Assembly (NCBI RefSeq): GCF_964355755.1
Contig: NC_092673.1
Coordinates: 1,798,001 to 1,862,000 of the forward strand
Direction: 5' to 3'
Length of the DNA stretch: 64,000 nucleotides
Source of the DNA: Antedon mediterranea
Taxonomy: Eukaryota; Animalia; Echinodermata
The translations under genes and the position numbers were made by a program. Positions 38,225 to 52,139 of the stretch are shown here, piece by piece. The first letter of the stretch is position 1; every line of letters begins with the position of its first letter. Under the pieces are notes generated by a model. The model saw only the letters and a list, made by a program, of their open reading frames with translations, made no database searches and was not told where the DNA came from.

Positions 38225-41200
38225 TCACCCTTTGCGCAGTGGAAAAAATTCCTGAAGAAAAAAATAATAAAATATGGTACTGTGTTAACATGTTATATAA
38301 AGGTAGTACACAAGCAGTATCATCAATTGACCATAACATTTTATATTAAAATCGAAAATGTTTCAATTAAACAAAGTGAATTACAAAAATCTGTTTACAA
38401 ATAATTAAGTCATTGTAGAACAATAATCAGTGATGATAATTTTGTTGATTTGATAATAAAAAATTATTATGATATCAAGAATAAATGGTGCGTGATTTTT
38501 ACCATTTCCATTCCAAATAATCTTGGCACCGGCAAAATGATCTGAAAAAAAATATTGTATTGCACATAATTAGGCAACATATTTATAATAATAATTTATT
38601 ATATTTATTATAATGAGCTGCACATTATTCTTGAGAGAATTACTACTTATTGTACAACCTGTAATATATTTATTATACGATTCACATCTTATTCCTAAGC
38701 AGGTTAGCTTATGAATGGCAGCACTCAAGTTTTGTTTTTGGTATAGGAGTTAAAGGTGGCGCTAGATAAATGTCTAAAATTATCATCATTTACTGGTGTT
38801 TTTTTAGGCTAATCCTACTAACCTCCTGATCATGTTCTTGTTCCTGTTCCTGTTGAGGAAAGAGCAAATCTTCAAAGGGCAGGGGACCTAAGAAAAATAA
38901 ATTGAGTTTAATGAAAACAATGGTGCAGTACTCGCTGCTTACTTGGGACTTAATCAAGCATGTCTATACAAATTATTCAGTATTATTCATCTTTTTAATA
39001 AATTGTTGGATGCAAATGAATTACACATTATTTTTTTTTTATTTTACAAATAATTAAGTCATTGTAGGACAATAATCAGTGATGATAATTTTGTTGATTT
39101 CATAATAAATAATGCATGATTTTTACCAGGTAGCTGCTCATCCTCAACTTGTAGACCTATTCCAATCAACAATCTAGGCACCGGGATAATAACCTGAAAA
39201 AAAAAAGCATTGCACATAATTAGACATATTCGTAATCTGTGAGACATAGTTTTACACAATTACTACTTATTGTACAAACTCAAAATATATTTACATAAGA
39301 TTTATATTTTATTCCTAAGCAGGCTAGCTTATGAATGGCAACACTCAAGTTTTGTTTCGGGGACAGGAGTTATAGGTGGCGCTAGACGGTAAATGTCTAA
39401 ATATAATATAACAGTAAACACAATATATCGCTATGTAAAAATATAGATACAATTTTTTTTTTATATAATGACCTCATTCCGTCCATTGTCACAAGCAAGT
39501 ATAGGCATTTCAAGAGGTGGCAATGCCAAATCATCTAACACCTCTTGTCGCTCTTTGGTCTTTTTTCCCCAGACACATTCTTTGGCATTGTCTTCCTTGT
39601 CATCTGTGCAAGGCTTTCCAAAACCATTAAGTTCTAGAGAAAAACAAACATTTACAAACAAATTATTATAATATAATTAAAATCGTTAAAATATTTTCTA
39701 ATCTTATCAGTACAAGATGATAGTTCGTATTGATATAATTGAAATATCATTTTACATACCTTCCATTAATCGGTATAGCCTATCCGTTTTTTCCATCAAA
39801 TTGATTTCCTTGCTGCCAGTCTCCTGGACAGGGAGGGGAAGTGCATCTCTTCTTAATTCTTCAAGGGAATAAACTTTAAAACAAAATGTATTTAGTTTCT
39901 ATTTATTTGTTTCAACAAGAAAATGAGGACAAAAGCAGAACAACCACTATATATATAAATATGAAAACTAATAGAAATGTAGCAACTTTTATATCACTGA
40001 TGACATAGACACCATTTACCCATTTAAAACCACCTCTCGAGTAGTTCCAGGATCGGCTTTTACGTTTGGGCTAGCTTATGCAGTGAACTATGACCAAGGG
40101 CTTGAGAATCATAAGTGTAAATGGGGTCATACCTGTAGATTGAATTTTTATCTTTTTCTAGCCTGATAATAATAGACAAATATTCACAATACACTAACGT
40201 GTTATTACATTATTGTAAAGTTGTATATATTAAATACATTTTCAGTATATCACTGGGCGGTTTAGAAATTGTTTTGTGCCCGTCGTGTTTATATATATAT
40301 TTCAATATATAACTATATATAAAAATGTATACTGTATATTAATTAACATTTCAGAATCCCATATACTAAATTAATTTAACATGCAGCTCCAAATTTCTGT
40401 GCAAATTCAGTAAAGGATGATTCTTGAGAAACATTTCTTACCCTTTGATACACAGTCTACATATAATGCATTCATGCCTTCAACAAGTCTTTTTATTTCT
40501 GCTTTAATATCTAGTTCTGGTGTTGTGCAAGGCGTGGGAAACTTCAAATCTAACAAAATGTAAAACAACATTGAATTAATTAAAGTAAGTAGTTAAAAAT
40601 GTTAATATTATATGTATTCAATTCAATTCAATTCAAGAAACATTTATTGACCATATTTTAGCATAACATTAACAATGGTTAGCATATAATATATATAGTC
40701 AAGAGACTACAAAAGGCCCGATGGGCCTGTCACTGTAGTCTCTCTTTACATTATACAAGTATACATACCAATACAAATAATAATAATGCAACACTTAGGC
40801 TAATCTTAATTAGCCGTTATGTACATTATATCAGTAAAAAAAAAAAGAAAAAAAATACAGTATCTTAATTAATTAGGTAACCATCTGAGATATACTATAA
40901 TAAAAGATATTCTTTAATGGACCTTTTTAAACTTTTACCATGCTTATGCACCATGCTTGGAATTTTATTACAGAAATAATTCCAAAGTTTAGGTCCATTT
41001 ATATGAATAAAGTGTTGGCCGCAAGTTAGTCTTGAGAAAGGTACATTCATTGCATATTTTTGTCTAAGATTGTGATAATTGTTGTCATGCTTACTAAAAA
41101 TGTTCAGAACATATTGTGGTAACACACCACGCCTAACATTATCCATGAAGCCTATAACATTTAGTTTATGGATGTCGTGAATATTAAGTATTTTTAGTTT

Positions 41201-44200
41201 TTTAAACAGAGGTTCAGACGACACTCTCATGTTTGAATGAGTTATTATTCTGGCAGCTCTTTTCTGGAGCTTCCATAATGTTTCCAGTGTACTATTGTAT
41301 GTGCTTCCCCATACAAGATTGCCATATTGGAAATGGGGTAATATTAAGGTGTTGTATAAGTTGGTTAAAATATGAGATGGAAAAAAATCTCTAATGTACA
41401 CAATGCACATCTACAAATCAAGTTTTTTACTAATAAACACATACTACCGTGTCAACGTCATACACTATTAAATATATTATCCCATTTATGAAGTGAATAA
41501 TTATTACATGAAATTAAAATAGCCTATTGTATTCAACAACAAAAAAATTTCAGGGGACAATATCCAATTATTAATTGTAGAATTAATTATAAAATACTAC
41601 CTCCTGCTTTATGGCAAATGTTGTTTAAATCGTTGATATCGCATGGTTTTATCGTAGCAGTCGATTGCTTAGGCGCATCAGACATTCTGTAAATTGTTTA
41701 AAGTAATTTCAATTATTTGTTGACAATATAGACTTTATGGAATTAATAAAAATTCCAAACATACATAAAAAAGTATAATTTCATATCATCAAAATGTATA
41801 CATTAGTTCAAACATAAGTAACACTTACTGAAACGATGTAATTTTTAAATGATAAATAAATATTGTTGTTTATTAGTACATTTATTTTTATATTATTTAA
41901 CTTACCTTAGGTACTCGTTCATGCCATCATGAGTTTCACTGGATTTTTAAAAAAAACAGAGAGGTAAAAAATAAATTTGAAAATTTTCATCTACTCAGAT
42001 ATTTTACGAGGGCGGTCCATCCAGCCGAAGCTGATCATTAGGGACCCTCACAAAAATACATCATGATGAGACATAAACATGTAACAATAACAATTAAATT
42101 AAAATAAATAACTCCTGCTAAGAATTGAATACAAACACATTTGTTGTAGTGTATTATTCTTTAGTATATCATTAAAGAAACCAGGTGATTGCTAAGTTTA
42201 AAAGATGAAAAAGTGCCTTACCTACTCCTCAACTGAGGTGACATACGCCTGTATACATCACCATTACAATCTAATGACAATACCATCCTGTAAAAAATAA
42301 CAATTTGCAATTAATTTTAATGCTAAATAAACTTTATATTTAATATAAAAATTATGTTACAAACTAGTTATCAGAAAGTCTATATTATTTTGTAAACCAG
42401 TGCTGATTTTTTCCATTTTTTGACTATCCAATTATTTATTTTCACAATGGACTTACTCTGTTGTTGGAGGTTGCAAGGTTGCAGGAGAACTAGAGAATGT
42501 AACATTTCCAGAATCTACAGCACTGAAAAACAAGTAGGAGTGAGTATGACAACAAATGGAAATTAAGAAACAGTGTGTCCAAAAAGATGACTCCTCTTCT
42601 TAAGCTCTGTGTACACTATCAAACTTTATGTGACAAACAAAATGTGACGTGCCCATATATGGACATGATGATGTCACTACCATATTTGGAAATATCACTA
42701 CCATATTTGGGCACATCACACTTTTTTTTGTCAAACTAGTTTGATGGTGTAGACAGAGCTTTAGAGTCATCTAATACCTACCTATATAATATTAAAGCTT
42801 GGTTCCCACTTGGATGCAGCACAGGACATAAGCTCAACGCAAGTAAGTTGACCAATCACAAGCGACAGTTCGGATGATCCATCCATCGCGTTGTGTTGTC
42901 ATTGGTTAAATTGCTTGTGATGCACTTATGTCCTTGCGTTGCGTCCACGGGGACACATTTAAGTGTCCCCTTAATAGGGATTTGCCATAGTGTTAAATCA
43001 TGCCCCTTGTTTGTTTTATGAGAAAGTGTCAGAATTATCCACCTGAATCCATTGAAGATTTGTTCAATCTTTTAACTCTGTAATTGCTAGAGTATTTTTC
43101 AGTATCAAGCATGATTACATTTTTCTCTTGTGCAGTGTCTTCATTTCTCCAGAACTTACTTTTTAACATCTTCTTCATTAGACAAGATGGATCCTCCTGA
43201 GGTGTGGCTGCCAAGTCCGGAATCTTTCAACCTGGAACACAAAATATTTATTTTGATTACCAGAAATAAAATTGTATCTTAATACAAATTGATATGACTA
43301 AATTAAAGGATCATAATTATAAGTTTGTTAATGTACATGTTTGAAATGTTGTGAATACTCTGATGTCATGCCTTTCTGTATTAATTCATTTGCATAATGG
43401 TTTGAAGTCGACCCATGTTCACATAATCCCTTTATCTTCTTCTGATCGAAACAACATTGTAGGCTTATGAGTGGTAGGTTGTATTATAACTTGATCCAAA
43501 CGACAATGATACATAGTAGGCTAAATGACCAAGGTACCAAAAAATATATCTTACTGTTCTGATTTCCTGACCTTCCTTCTAACCACTGGTCCACTATCCC
43601 CTCTACCAACAGCTGGATCAGCATCTCTGAAATATTTAACAATTATATTATAAAAAAAATCTTTGATTTTGCTTAGACAATAATTTTTATAAATATTTAC
43701 TTTCACCATGTACTTACTTTGTTGTGGGAGAATGCAAGGTTGCAGAATCAGGAGAACTAGAGACAGTGATTGACAAGCCTCCTGAAGTGTGGCTGCCAAG
43801 TCCAGAATCTTTCAACCTGGAACACAAAATACTGATTACCAGAAATAAAATTGAATGTTAATAAAAAATTGGTATGACTACATTAAAGGATCATAATTAT
43901 AGGTTAGTTAGTGTACAAATCTGAAAGTTTGTGAATACTCTGATGTCATTTCTTTTTGTATTGAATGATTTAATTCTGTTAAGCATATAGTGGTCTAAAG
44001 TCAACCATGTTCACATAATCCCTCTATCGTCTCCTGCAGTAATAATTGATCCAAACAACAATGATACATACAGTCGGCTAAATGATCAAGGTAACACATT
44101 AAAATATCTATTCTTACTGTTCCGAGGGCACATTATTTTTAACCACTGAAGTTTCTTCCACTATATCAGTAGGTGAATTCATTTCTCTGAAATAGATCAG

Positions 44201-45961
44201 TATATTTAAATAATTAGCAAATATTTTACATGACAAAAAAAGACACAAAAAACAATGTTGTGACATAAAATGTGAAAGAGGAATGTTAAAGCTTTTTTAA
44301 AGCAAATATTTGTAACAGAAATCAAGACGAAAAAACATGAATTTCCCTTAATATGGTCAAATACAAAATTTGGCAAAATTCTGCCATAAAAATTAGGAAG
44401 ACTTTTTTTTCAGTAGTTAGGTGCAATAACATGTCTGCTGACTCCCTAGAAGGTGAAAAAAGATGGTGGATATACAGTGGATAATTTTTGCTATAGCATG
44501 AAAATAAAAATCTTAAATTGAATATAAATACCAGAAATGTAAAATTCAAGTTATATTACATATATTTAGTCATCTGATAACATTTTTTACCACACCGTTT
44601 ATTTTTCATAGCTTTTTAAAATGCCTCTCTATTTACAAAATTTGTGTACAAAAGAATAGAGATTTTACTGTGTAATTTGAACTATCCCCCCACTGATAAG
44701 AAAGTGCTTATTGTCAACAAGCTAGTGTAACACAAATAAAATCCCAAAAGTTATGAAACATAGGCCCTGTTTCTGCTGCCAAGAAAATACCGCATTTTAT
44801 ACAGTATTTTTTGAATACCGTATATATACCATATTTTGTTGGCAGCAGAAACTGCGCTCATAAAAAAAATACCGTATTTTGTATACCGTATTTTCCCCAC
44901 AAAATTTGTGGATAAAATACGGTATTTACAATTTATACCGTATTTTTTGTACCCTTTTCTGCTGCCAATAAAAAATACAATATTTTTTTTAACATGCGAC
45001 ATGAGGTAAACATCGTGTTTTATTTTCTGTCGCTGTCAGCTGTTTTACACACGTGTATAGATATATTCGGCGAAAATGTGGAGCGAAGACGTCACGGTAT
45101 TTACTATATAAATCTGTGTGGGGAAGAAGGGGGTGGGGAAGCTAAAATGTCCGGCCAACTAAAAGTTAATAGAAGGGACAACCACATTTATAAAGACATT
45201 TCTAAAAAATTAAAGCAGGAGTACTGAATAGACTTGCCTCCAAAGCAAGTAAACTCAAAGCTGAAGAGCCTGTGAAAGCAGTACAACATTGCAAAAGACA
45301 AACTCGGGGAGGAAATGAATTACTTGTCCCCATTACGATGTTTTCTGTGCTCTTGCAACATCTCTATCACTAGGGCTAGGCTGTTGAAAGTGAGACATAA
45401 AACTTCCTTTATTGCGACTTTTAATTAATATCGACCAAATAAATGAATGGCAATTTGGGTAAAAAGGATGAAAATTTAACATGACCACCCAAGAAGTATT
45501 GTTAGCAGAAACGGGGTACTAAAAAATACTGTATTTTTATACCGTATTTTGAGCAGTTTCAGCAGAAACAGGCCCATATAGGGGAAACTATAGATCGATA
45601 ATTATTGGAATATATGATCAATAGAAATTTTTTGCCTGCACCCGGCCTTTAAATCATTGAAAGATCAATTTAGAGTATTAAATTAATCATTTTGAAGTTT
45701 ATTTGAATGGCAGACAAAGCATTGGTTATTATTGAATTGAAAATATTAATTAATGATCATGTTTGTATAAATTCTCGGGTGATTTAGGAAATATTCAAAA
45801 TACAAAGTCTTCTTCGAATTAAATAAAGAAAACATCCATATTCTTAAAAACTTCTGAATCTGTGAAATGGCAATTAAATTTGGACTTAAATTAAAATGGA
45901 ATCTAAAAACTTACATATCATTAGTATCAGACAGAGTCTGAGGGACATCATTGTTATCCAT
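38225..45961 (-). CDS. Uncharacterised micro-exon protein with two DSGLGS and one DSGNVT motifs; RING-less paralogue B
   Basis: Phase-consistent exons: 45915-45961, 44118-44186, 43718-43816, 43555-43626, 43160-43231, 42457-42522, 42222-42287, 41906-41938, 41601-41686, 40442-40549, 39760-39873, 39473-39633, 39127-39193, 38823-38887, 38503-38541, 38225-38251. Alternative stops at 39382 and 38762. ETHDGMNEYLR and DINDLNNIC match paralogue A's ESQNDGMNQYLE and DLHDVNRLC. Confidence 0.7.
38400..39400. repeat. ~650-bp-offset tandem duplication at the 3' end of paralogue B
   Basis: 38400-38780 is similar to 39050-39400 (aattaagtcattgtag...ggtggcgctaga...aaatgtctaaa). Confidence 0.85.
40612..41412 (-). 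mobile_element. 5'-truncated CR1/Crack-like LINE
   Basis: LYNTLILPHFQYGNLVWG...KLQKRAARII...SEPLFKKLKIL...GPKLWN; (TTGAA)n tail at ~40615-40635. Confidence 0.85.
42601..42763. mobile_element. AGCTCTGTCTACAC-family MITE
   Basis: Full TIRs taagctctgtgtacactatcaaac / gtttgatggtgtagacagagcttta. Confidence 0.85.
43195..44190. repeat. ~585-bp tandem duplication copying the DSGLGS exon and its upstream exon
   Basis: 43195-43630 is similar to 43780-44190, including gtgtggctgccaagtcc(g/a)gaatctttcaacctggaacacaaaata. Confidence 0.88.
44762..45576 (+). mobile_element. Non-autonomous PIF/Harbinger element with a decayed Myb/SANT (trihelix) domain
   Basis: TIRs ggccctgtttctgctg / cagcagaaacaggccc; internal INLCGEE...QLKVNRRDNHIYKDISKKL...QVNSKLKSL*KQY. 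Confidence 0.7.
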
Positions 45962-47119
45962 GTTTAAATCTAAAAAAGAATAGATTTTTAGTGTTTGTAT
46001 TTTTTAATGTTTGCCATAGTCCCCAGCCTAGCCTAGGGTAGGGATGTCCGCTACTTAGGCCTATATACTTAGGTTGAATCCATGTTCATAATATTAGAAA
46101 GGTTTTGACTTTGCAAGGGCTAGGCCTTCCATCTTGTCCTCCATCTCCTCCCCGCCATAAAAAAGGCGGCCATATAAGGCACAGTCAGTGGGTATCGAAA
46201 ATAAAACATGTCTAGGCCCTATATAGGGCTAGAGGTAGAGGGATGGGGAGGCCTATATATTTAATTATGATATACGGCCACAATATTAGCTATCACGGTT
46301 AAGAAATTATCACCAACAATAATGTTGTATTTCATAAATCAAAATACATTATTAGACTACTCACAGTTTTGGATCCGAAGTTTTAAAAACGCAATACGTC
46401 TTTTTTAATACAAATAGGACCTCTTACTTTTTGTTTATCGATGATGTAATCATCATGAAGGCCGCCGCCACCGTGGGTGGCCCGACAATCTACCTGTTGT
46501 ACACCTGCATGCTGCTCATGATTCCATTCGAAATTAAACGACAATCCGATATAGAACATTAACCGATAATTAACGGGCATTTTGATGAGGTTCTCAAATA
46601 CTATTATTAGATATTTTGATGTACTAACTAATGAGATAAAATGATGATAAACATTCACATGCCTCCTTTGAGCAATTTATTGTTCAATTCTTTAATTTTT
46701 TTTTACTGAATAGGCCCATAACCATTTTGTTGGAAAAGTAAATAGCAAACATTTGTAAAAGTAACGTGGCTCTAAAATTGAAAATGTTAATTGTACAACA
46801 TTGGAAGTTTAGAATCTCGTTTTTTAAAAAATCAACTACAACAATTTCTTTATTTAGTTATGTTTTTATTTTTTTAATAAAAAAATTGAGCAAGATATAT
46901 AGATATTGAAAAAACGTAACTTATCTATTCTAGTCCTATTAAATTGAACAAATCAAAATTTTAAATGCATGATGTTTAAGATTTTATTTTATTAATAGAT
47001 TTATACATCTGTATTCTTTTATCTGTAAGATCAAAACTAATACAGTAGCAATGTTCAAAGGAGTTCACTGACCGGAAACAGGAAATATGACAAGTTGTAA
47101 AATATTATTTTAAAATGTT

Positions 47120-50050
47120 TTAATCCATTGTCATAATTAATTTAATTCTTTTATCTTCTGTTTTTAAAGATGAGATTGAGTTAATTTTCTTGTAAAACTT
47201 ATCCCTTAATTCTTCTTCTGTTTTACCATTTACATTGCTGCTCATGTACTCGGCTATTACCTGCAAAAAAAAACCGGAATTAATCAATAATCAACTTTAG
47301 TACCGAGTCTACTAAAACAGGACTGCATAATGGAACATACTAAAGCTCTGTCAACACTAGCAAACTACTTTTGACAAAAAAAAGTGTGATGTGCCCAAAT
47401 ATGGTAGTGATATTTCCAAATATGGTAGTGATATGCCATCATCATGTCCATATATGGGCACATCGTATTTTGTTGTCACATAAAGTTTAGTGTAGAAAGA
47501 GTTTTATGACTGAACCTATTTCTGCACCCAGTTGTTGTTCTACCATCCTGTTTGCTAAATTCACTAATTTCTGTAGCTGCATTTACCAGCATACAACGTC
47601 TCTCAACAATCTCTGTCTGCGGACTGTCTACTGAATTTCAGTAAAACGTTGTGGGTAATAATCATGTCATTAGCTGACAGATATTTTTTAACAGTATTAT
47701 AAAATTGTTTGAGTTTATGTAACCAAAGCAAAGAATACAAATACATATCTACCTTTTTTCTTAATTTCTTTATTGACATTTCATTATTTTCTTTTTCTCG
47801 TAATATCCGTTTAATCACAGAGCTCCACTTGAATTTTTCTATGCAAAAAAAATGATAAAAACACGAACTGTTAAAGAATCAAGAATTTCAGCTTACTCCT
47901 AGGTGACTATTATAAAAACATAAAAATATAATTTAATTCTGGTTTATCAAAAAGAAATGGCATTGCAGAAAAATCTGAATTGGGCTAAATTTGTAATTCT
48001 AATATAAAAAGTACAAAATTCCACTTAAAAGTTCATTCAACTATAAAATATGGTAACACATTTACAAATATTTACCTGTATGTTTTATATCATGACTTAT
48101 TTGTAAACAAGCTTGTTTAGATGAAACTTCACAATCATCACCTATAGCAGAAATATAAAATATCAAAACTCTATTATTTCAGTTATTTGATAAAAAAAAA
48201 AAAGTTAAATTGAATTAAAATATGTTAACTATAAAACAAAAACAACAAATTTTACAATTGTTTTTATAATTCTCCAAAAAAATAAAATTGAATTAAAATA
48301 TGTTAACTGTAAAACAAAAACAACAAATTTTACAATTGTTTTCATAACTATTTTACTCCTGTTTGATTGTCTGTGTACAAGATTAGATATCTCAAAACAA
48401 AATCAATTGGTTTTTTGACATACGAATTCATAGATGATACCCAATAATAATTAATGGTATTAGAAAGGCGCTCATTAAAAAAAAATATGCGCGTCTGTGT
48501 GTCAATAATGTAGCTAATTCACATTACCTTCATCATCAGAATGAGTCCTCTTCTTCTTCCCGTTGCAACTTGATATACTGCCCTCTACCTGCGTGGCATC
48601 CGTCTCTACAATATTCTTTGTTTGTTGCTCGTTCTTTTCACCAATTTTTTTGCTAGTTTCTTCAGTTGTTTTCTAGATAAAAATTAATATTGATATTAGT
48701 ATCAAAACCACACACTCAAAACACTGGAAAAAAAGAAACTTTTAAAATCGTCAAGATTGGACATATTCAAAGTCTGATTTAATTAATCTTTATTTTTCAT
48801 GTTTTTGGGGGACAATATTTCTTTCAATAATTATATTGGTCAGGAATACAGATACAAATTGTATGTATTGAGATATGTATTAAGTTTAATGGATATATAG
48901 AAATGTGGTCTATATCAAACTTACTTTGTCATCTGGTCCTGATACAATCAACCATGCCTGCTGCATTAAATGTTTGTCATATAATCTCAAACTATTCTTA
49001 AGAAAATTCTGTAAAACCCAATAAAACTATTCAAATTATTTTTTATTCACACATGTTTCATTCACAAAACATTAATAACAAAAATGATATTACTGTACTG
49101 TACTAGCAATATGGCTTTTTAAATTATTCATTGACCAACAGTTTGTATGCACTTACTTCAAATTTAGTTTTCTTGCGTGGTATATTTGGGTACTCAATGA
49201 TCTGGTTGAGTAAACTTTTCATTTTAGGGTTGGTATGACTACTGGTAGAAGCCTCTCTCACTCTCTAAAATAACATCAAATCAAATATATTTCATTACAA
49301 GTACATCAATATTGAAAATAACATACATTTTTATGATGTTGTGTTTTAATGCGAAATAAAAGATTGTTGTTTTTACCTCTAACCATGCAGCCTGCTTCAC
49401 ATCACCTTTGTTTGGTTTTATATTACTAACTTCTTTTTTACTTCCATACTTTTCATTTTCTGATATGCATTTTGTATGTTCTTTGTAGCCATCTCCACTG
49501 TGGAATATAGATATCAACATTAAGAATATTAACATTAATACAATTTCCAATTTCAAGAATTATAGAGAAAAAAAAAATACTGCCAACCACCATGCAATGT
49601 AGTTGAAAACCTTTAATGATGAGGGGTTGGTTGCTTCATTGACATTTGTTAATTTACAAGACCAAGAACTGAACATTGTAGCTAGTAGTAGCATTCATTT
49701 CTTCACCAGGGAATAAATAACTAGCATAGCAAAAAGCTATACAAAAACAACCTTTTTGCCAACTCAAAAATCAGTTTGATTAGCAATATTGCTAAACAAA
49801 AATTTAAAATAAAATTTTCCCCTGTTCACTGGTAGTAGCTGGCGTGTACAAGGCTGGGGGTTTTTGTAGACGGACTTCCACACTCTGCCTCTGCATACCG
49901 AAATATATTTTAGCAAAATACTTACACAAAATCTTGGCCACAGTCCATACATGATAGAACCTCACATTGCCGACACTGTTGTAGGTAATGTTTCTCAACT
50001 TGCGCTTTCTTCACAGACTGACCACACGCATTGCAGATAAAGAACACCAT
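47120..50050 (-). CDS. LYAR: Cell growth-regulating nucleolar protein LYAR
   Basis: MVFFICNACGQSVKKAQVEKHYLQQCRQCEVLSCMDCGQDF, GDGYKEHTKCISENEKYG, YPNIPRKKTKF, KFKWSSVIKRIL. Exons 49926-50050, 49377-49497, 49157-49264, 48925-49008, ~48528-48673, ~48076-48142, ~47753-47838, 47120-~47261. Confidence 0.95.
47341..47506. mobile_element. AGCTCTGTCTACAC-family MITE
   Basis: taaagctctgtcaacactag ... tagtgtagaaagagtttta. Confidence 0.8.
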
Positions 50051-50828
50051 ATCTCAACCTAAACAAAATATAAGTTCCGCAAAGACTCAATGTAAACAAC
50101 TAATGGATTACAGTATGTCATTCTGGCAGACTGAATGGCGGGGAAAAAAAAAGCAAAAAACGTTGATTTAAAAAACCTGGACATGTACGTTCTTTTGACT
50201 ATGTATGTAACTGTGTAAATTAATTATTAATTTAATTTAATTATATAACATTAATTATGAAAGTTAGTAGGCCTAGCTATAGATAGAGTATTGACACCAA
50301 GTGCCATGCTTTAGGATAGCCTACTAGCCGACTGGGTATTCCGGTATTCCTTGCCTAGCTAGCTAGACCTTCCTTCTCTGGCCTAGTAGTACTAGTAGTA
50401 GTAGTAATACTATTATTACTACTACTAGCTACTAGCTAGGACCTTGTTGTAGATCTAAGGCTAAAGAGGCGGTAATCCGTATGGACATCCGGCGCCTAGG
50501 CCTCACTAGTCCCCTAGGCCTAGTAGTAGTAGGATAGATTTACCGTGGTACAGCGAGGAATTCGGCAGCAGCTCCGCGTGTACCGTGTAGCCCTTAGAGG
50601 CCTAGGCCTACCTGTTTTTATAAAAAGGCCTAGCTAGCTAGTAGGCCTAGCCCATATACAGTATAGAGTAGCCTAGCTAATTTAACAGTATTAAGTAACA
50701 CTCTAGCCTAGCTAGGCCTCATGATGAGTCTAACTAGCCTACTAAAATCGCAATCTTTCAAACTTACAATAGGAATTAACTGTATACTTTTTTAATGATA
50801 TAAATGCACACTCAACACACCGTATCGC

Positions 50829-50834
50829 CACGTG
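50829..50834. promoter_or_regulatory. Canonical E-box (CACGTG) near the probable LYAR transcription start
   Basis: Lies just upstream of a minus-strand donor (acttac 50762-50767) in a CpG-richer patch; ribosome-biogenesis genes are typical Myc targets. Confidence 0.4.
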
Positions 50835-51867
50835 TTGTCTCGGACGATTGATCGTTCTATGCAACGCCAGTGGTGCCTTTTAAAAAATCGTAGTCGCGCA
50901 TCTTAATTTCTAAAGCTCGACTATCAGTGTGGTTTCCATTCTAAACCAGACGCAGGGCCAAATCGTCCTGGAACCTTAGGCCGCACCACAACATTAATAG
51001 ATGATCCGAGATCGCGTCGTGAAAGTAATAAAACACAATAAGACATCTTGGGACGACACTAGAGTTTCTTAGTTATCTTTCATTCATGATGAATACATAA
51101 CAATATATAAATTCAATATTGAATCTTATCATCCACAGTTAGTCAAGGTTCTACACAACGGCTTGTATTTCATTGCTTGGAATATGCAATATGCTTCTCT
51201 ACTTTAAGTTCATTCTTAGTGGACCTGATTATGCAATCTTATTATAATTTATATATACAAATTAAATAAAATAATAATTAATTATAAAATCAATGTTTTT
51301 AATTTATAATCTCAGCTGCGACGGCTTTTTCACATTCTCACAGATTTTCTCATCTTTATCATTTCTAAATATATTAGTATTTACATATAATATTTTACAG
51401 ATAGCAAAAATTGTTCCTACCATTTAAGAAATCGCACTTAAAAATGAGATACAGCTATATTGATCTCTGGTAGGTCTTAGTTGTTGAACAAAAATGCATT
51501 ACTTCTATTGTTCTCAGACCTATCCATAATTTAAAAAAAAATAACATTCACCTTGGTGCGAAAAGTTCTGTATTTCGATGTATTCTGGTGGAGAGTCACA
51601 TTTACTATTTACACTTTACAACAATAAACAATATAAAAGTATTTCAGGTATACAGTAGTATATCGTTGGTGGTGTTGTGTGGAAGAGCAGGGCTTGAAAT
51701 TAAGTGGATCAGCCAACGGGTTATTGGAACTTGTTCCTCAATTTGTCTGCCCTCCTCCTCTATGTAGTTTTTATTCACTTAAATACATTTATTTGAAGGA
51801 AATAAATATATTATTATTACAAGTATAGTTTTTAATTGCACATTTTCCAGATCTACTGTACATGGCT

Positions 51868-52043
51868 GTAAAGCTCTGTCTACACTATCAAACAATATGT
51901 GACAAAACAATGTGATGTGCCCATAATATGGACATGATGATGTCATATCACTCCCATATTTGGGCATACAGCACAGTATCACTACCCTTTGGGAACATCA
52001 CATTTTTTTGTCACATATTGTTTGATAGTGTAGACAGAGCTTA
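51868..52043. mobile_element. AGCTCTGTCTACAC-family MITE in the 3' UTR region of the CARD-DD gene
   Basis: Near-perfect TIRs aagctctgtctacactatcaaacaatatgtgacaaaa / ttttgtcacatattgtttgatagtgtagacagagctt. Confidence 0.9.
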
Positions 52044-52139
52044 AGAATGTTGTCCTCTACAATTTGATAAGTTGCACATTTCCATATTATTGGGAGACAT
52101 TTTACCACAACTACTGTAATTGTTATACAAAGTGGTTTG

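Noticed and set aside
38225-45961. IkB orthologue on the basis of DSGLGS
   Set aside because: No ankyrin repeats are visible in any predicted exon.
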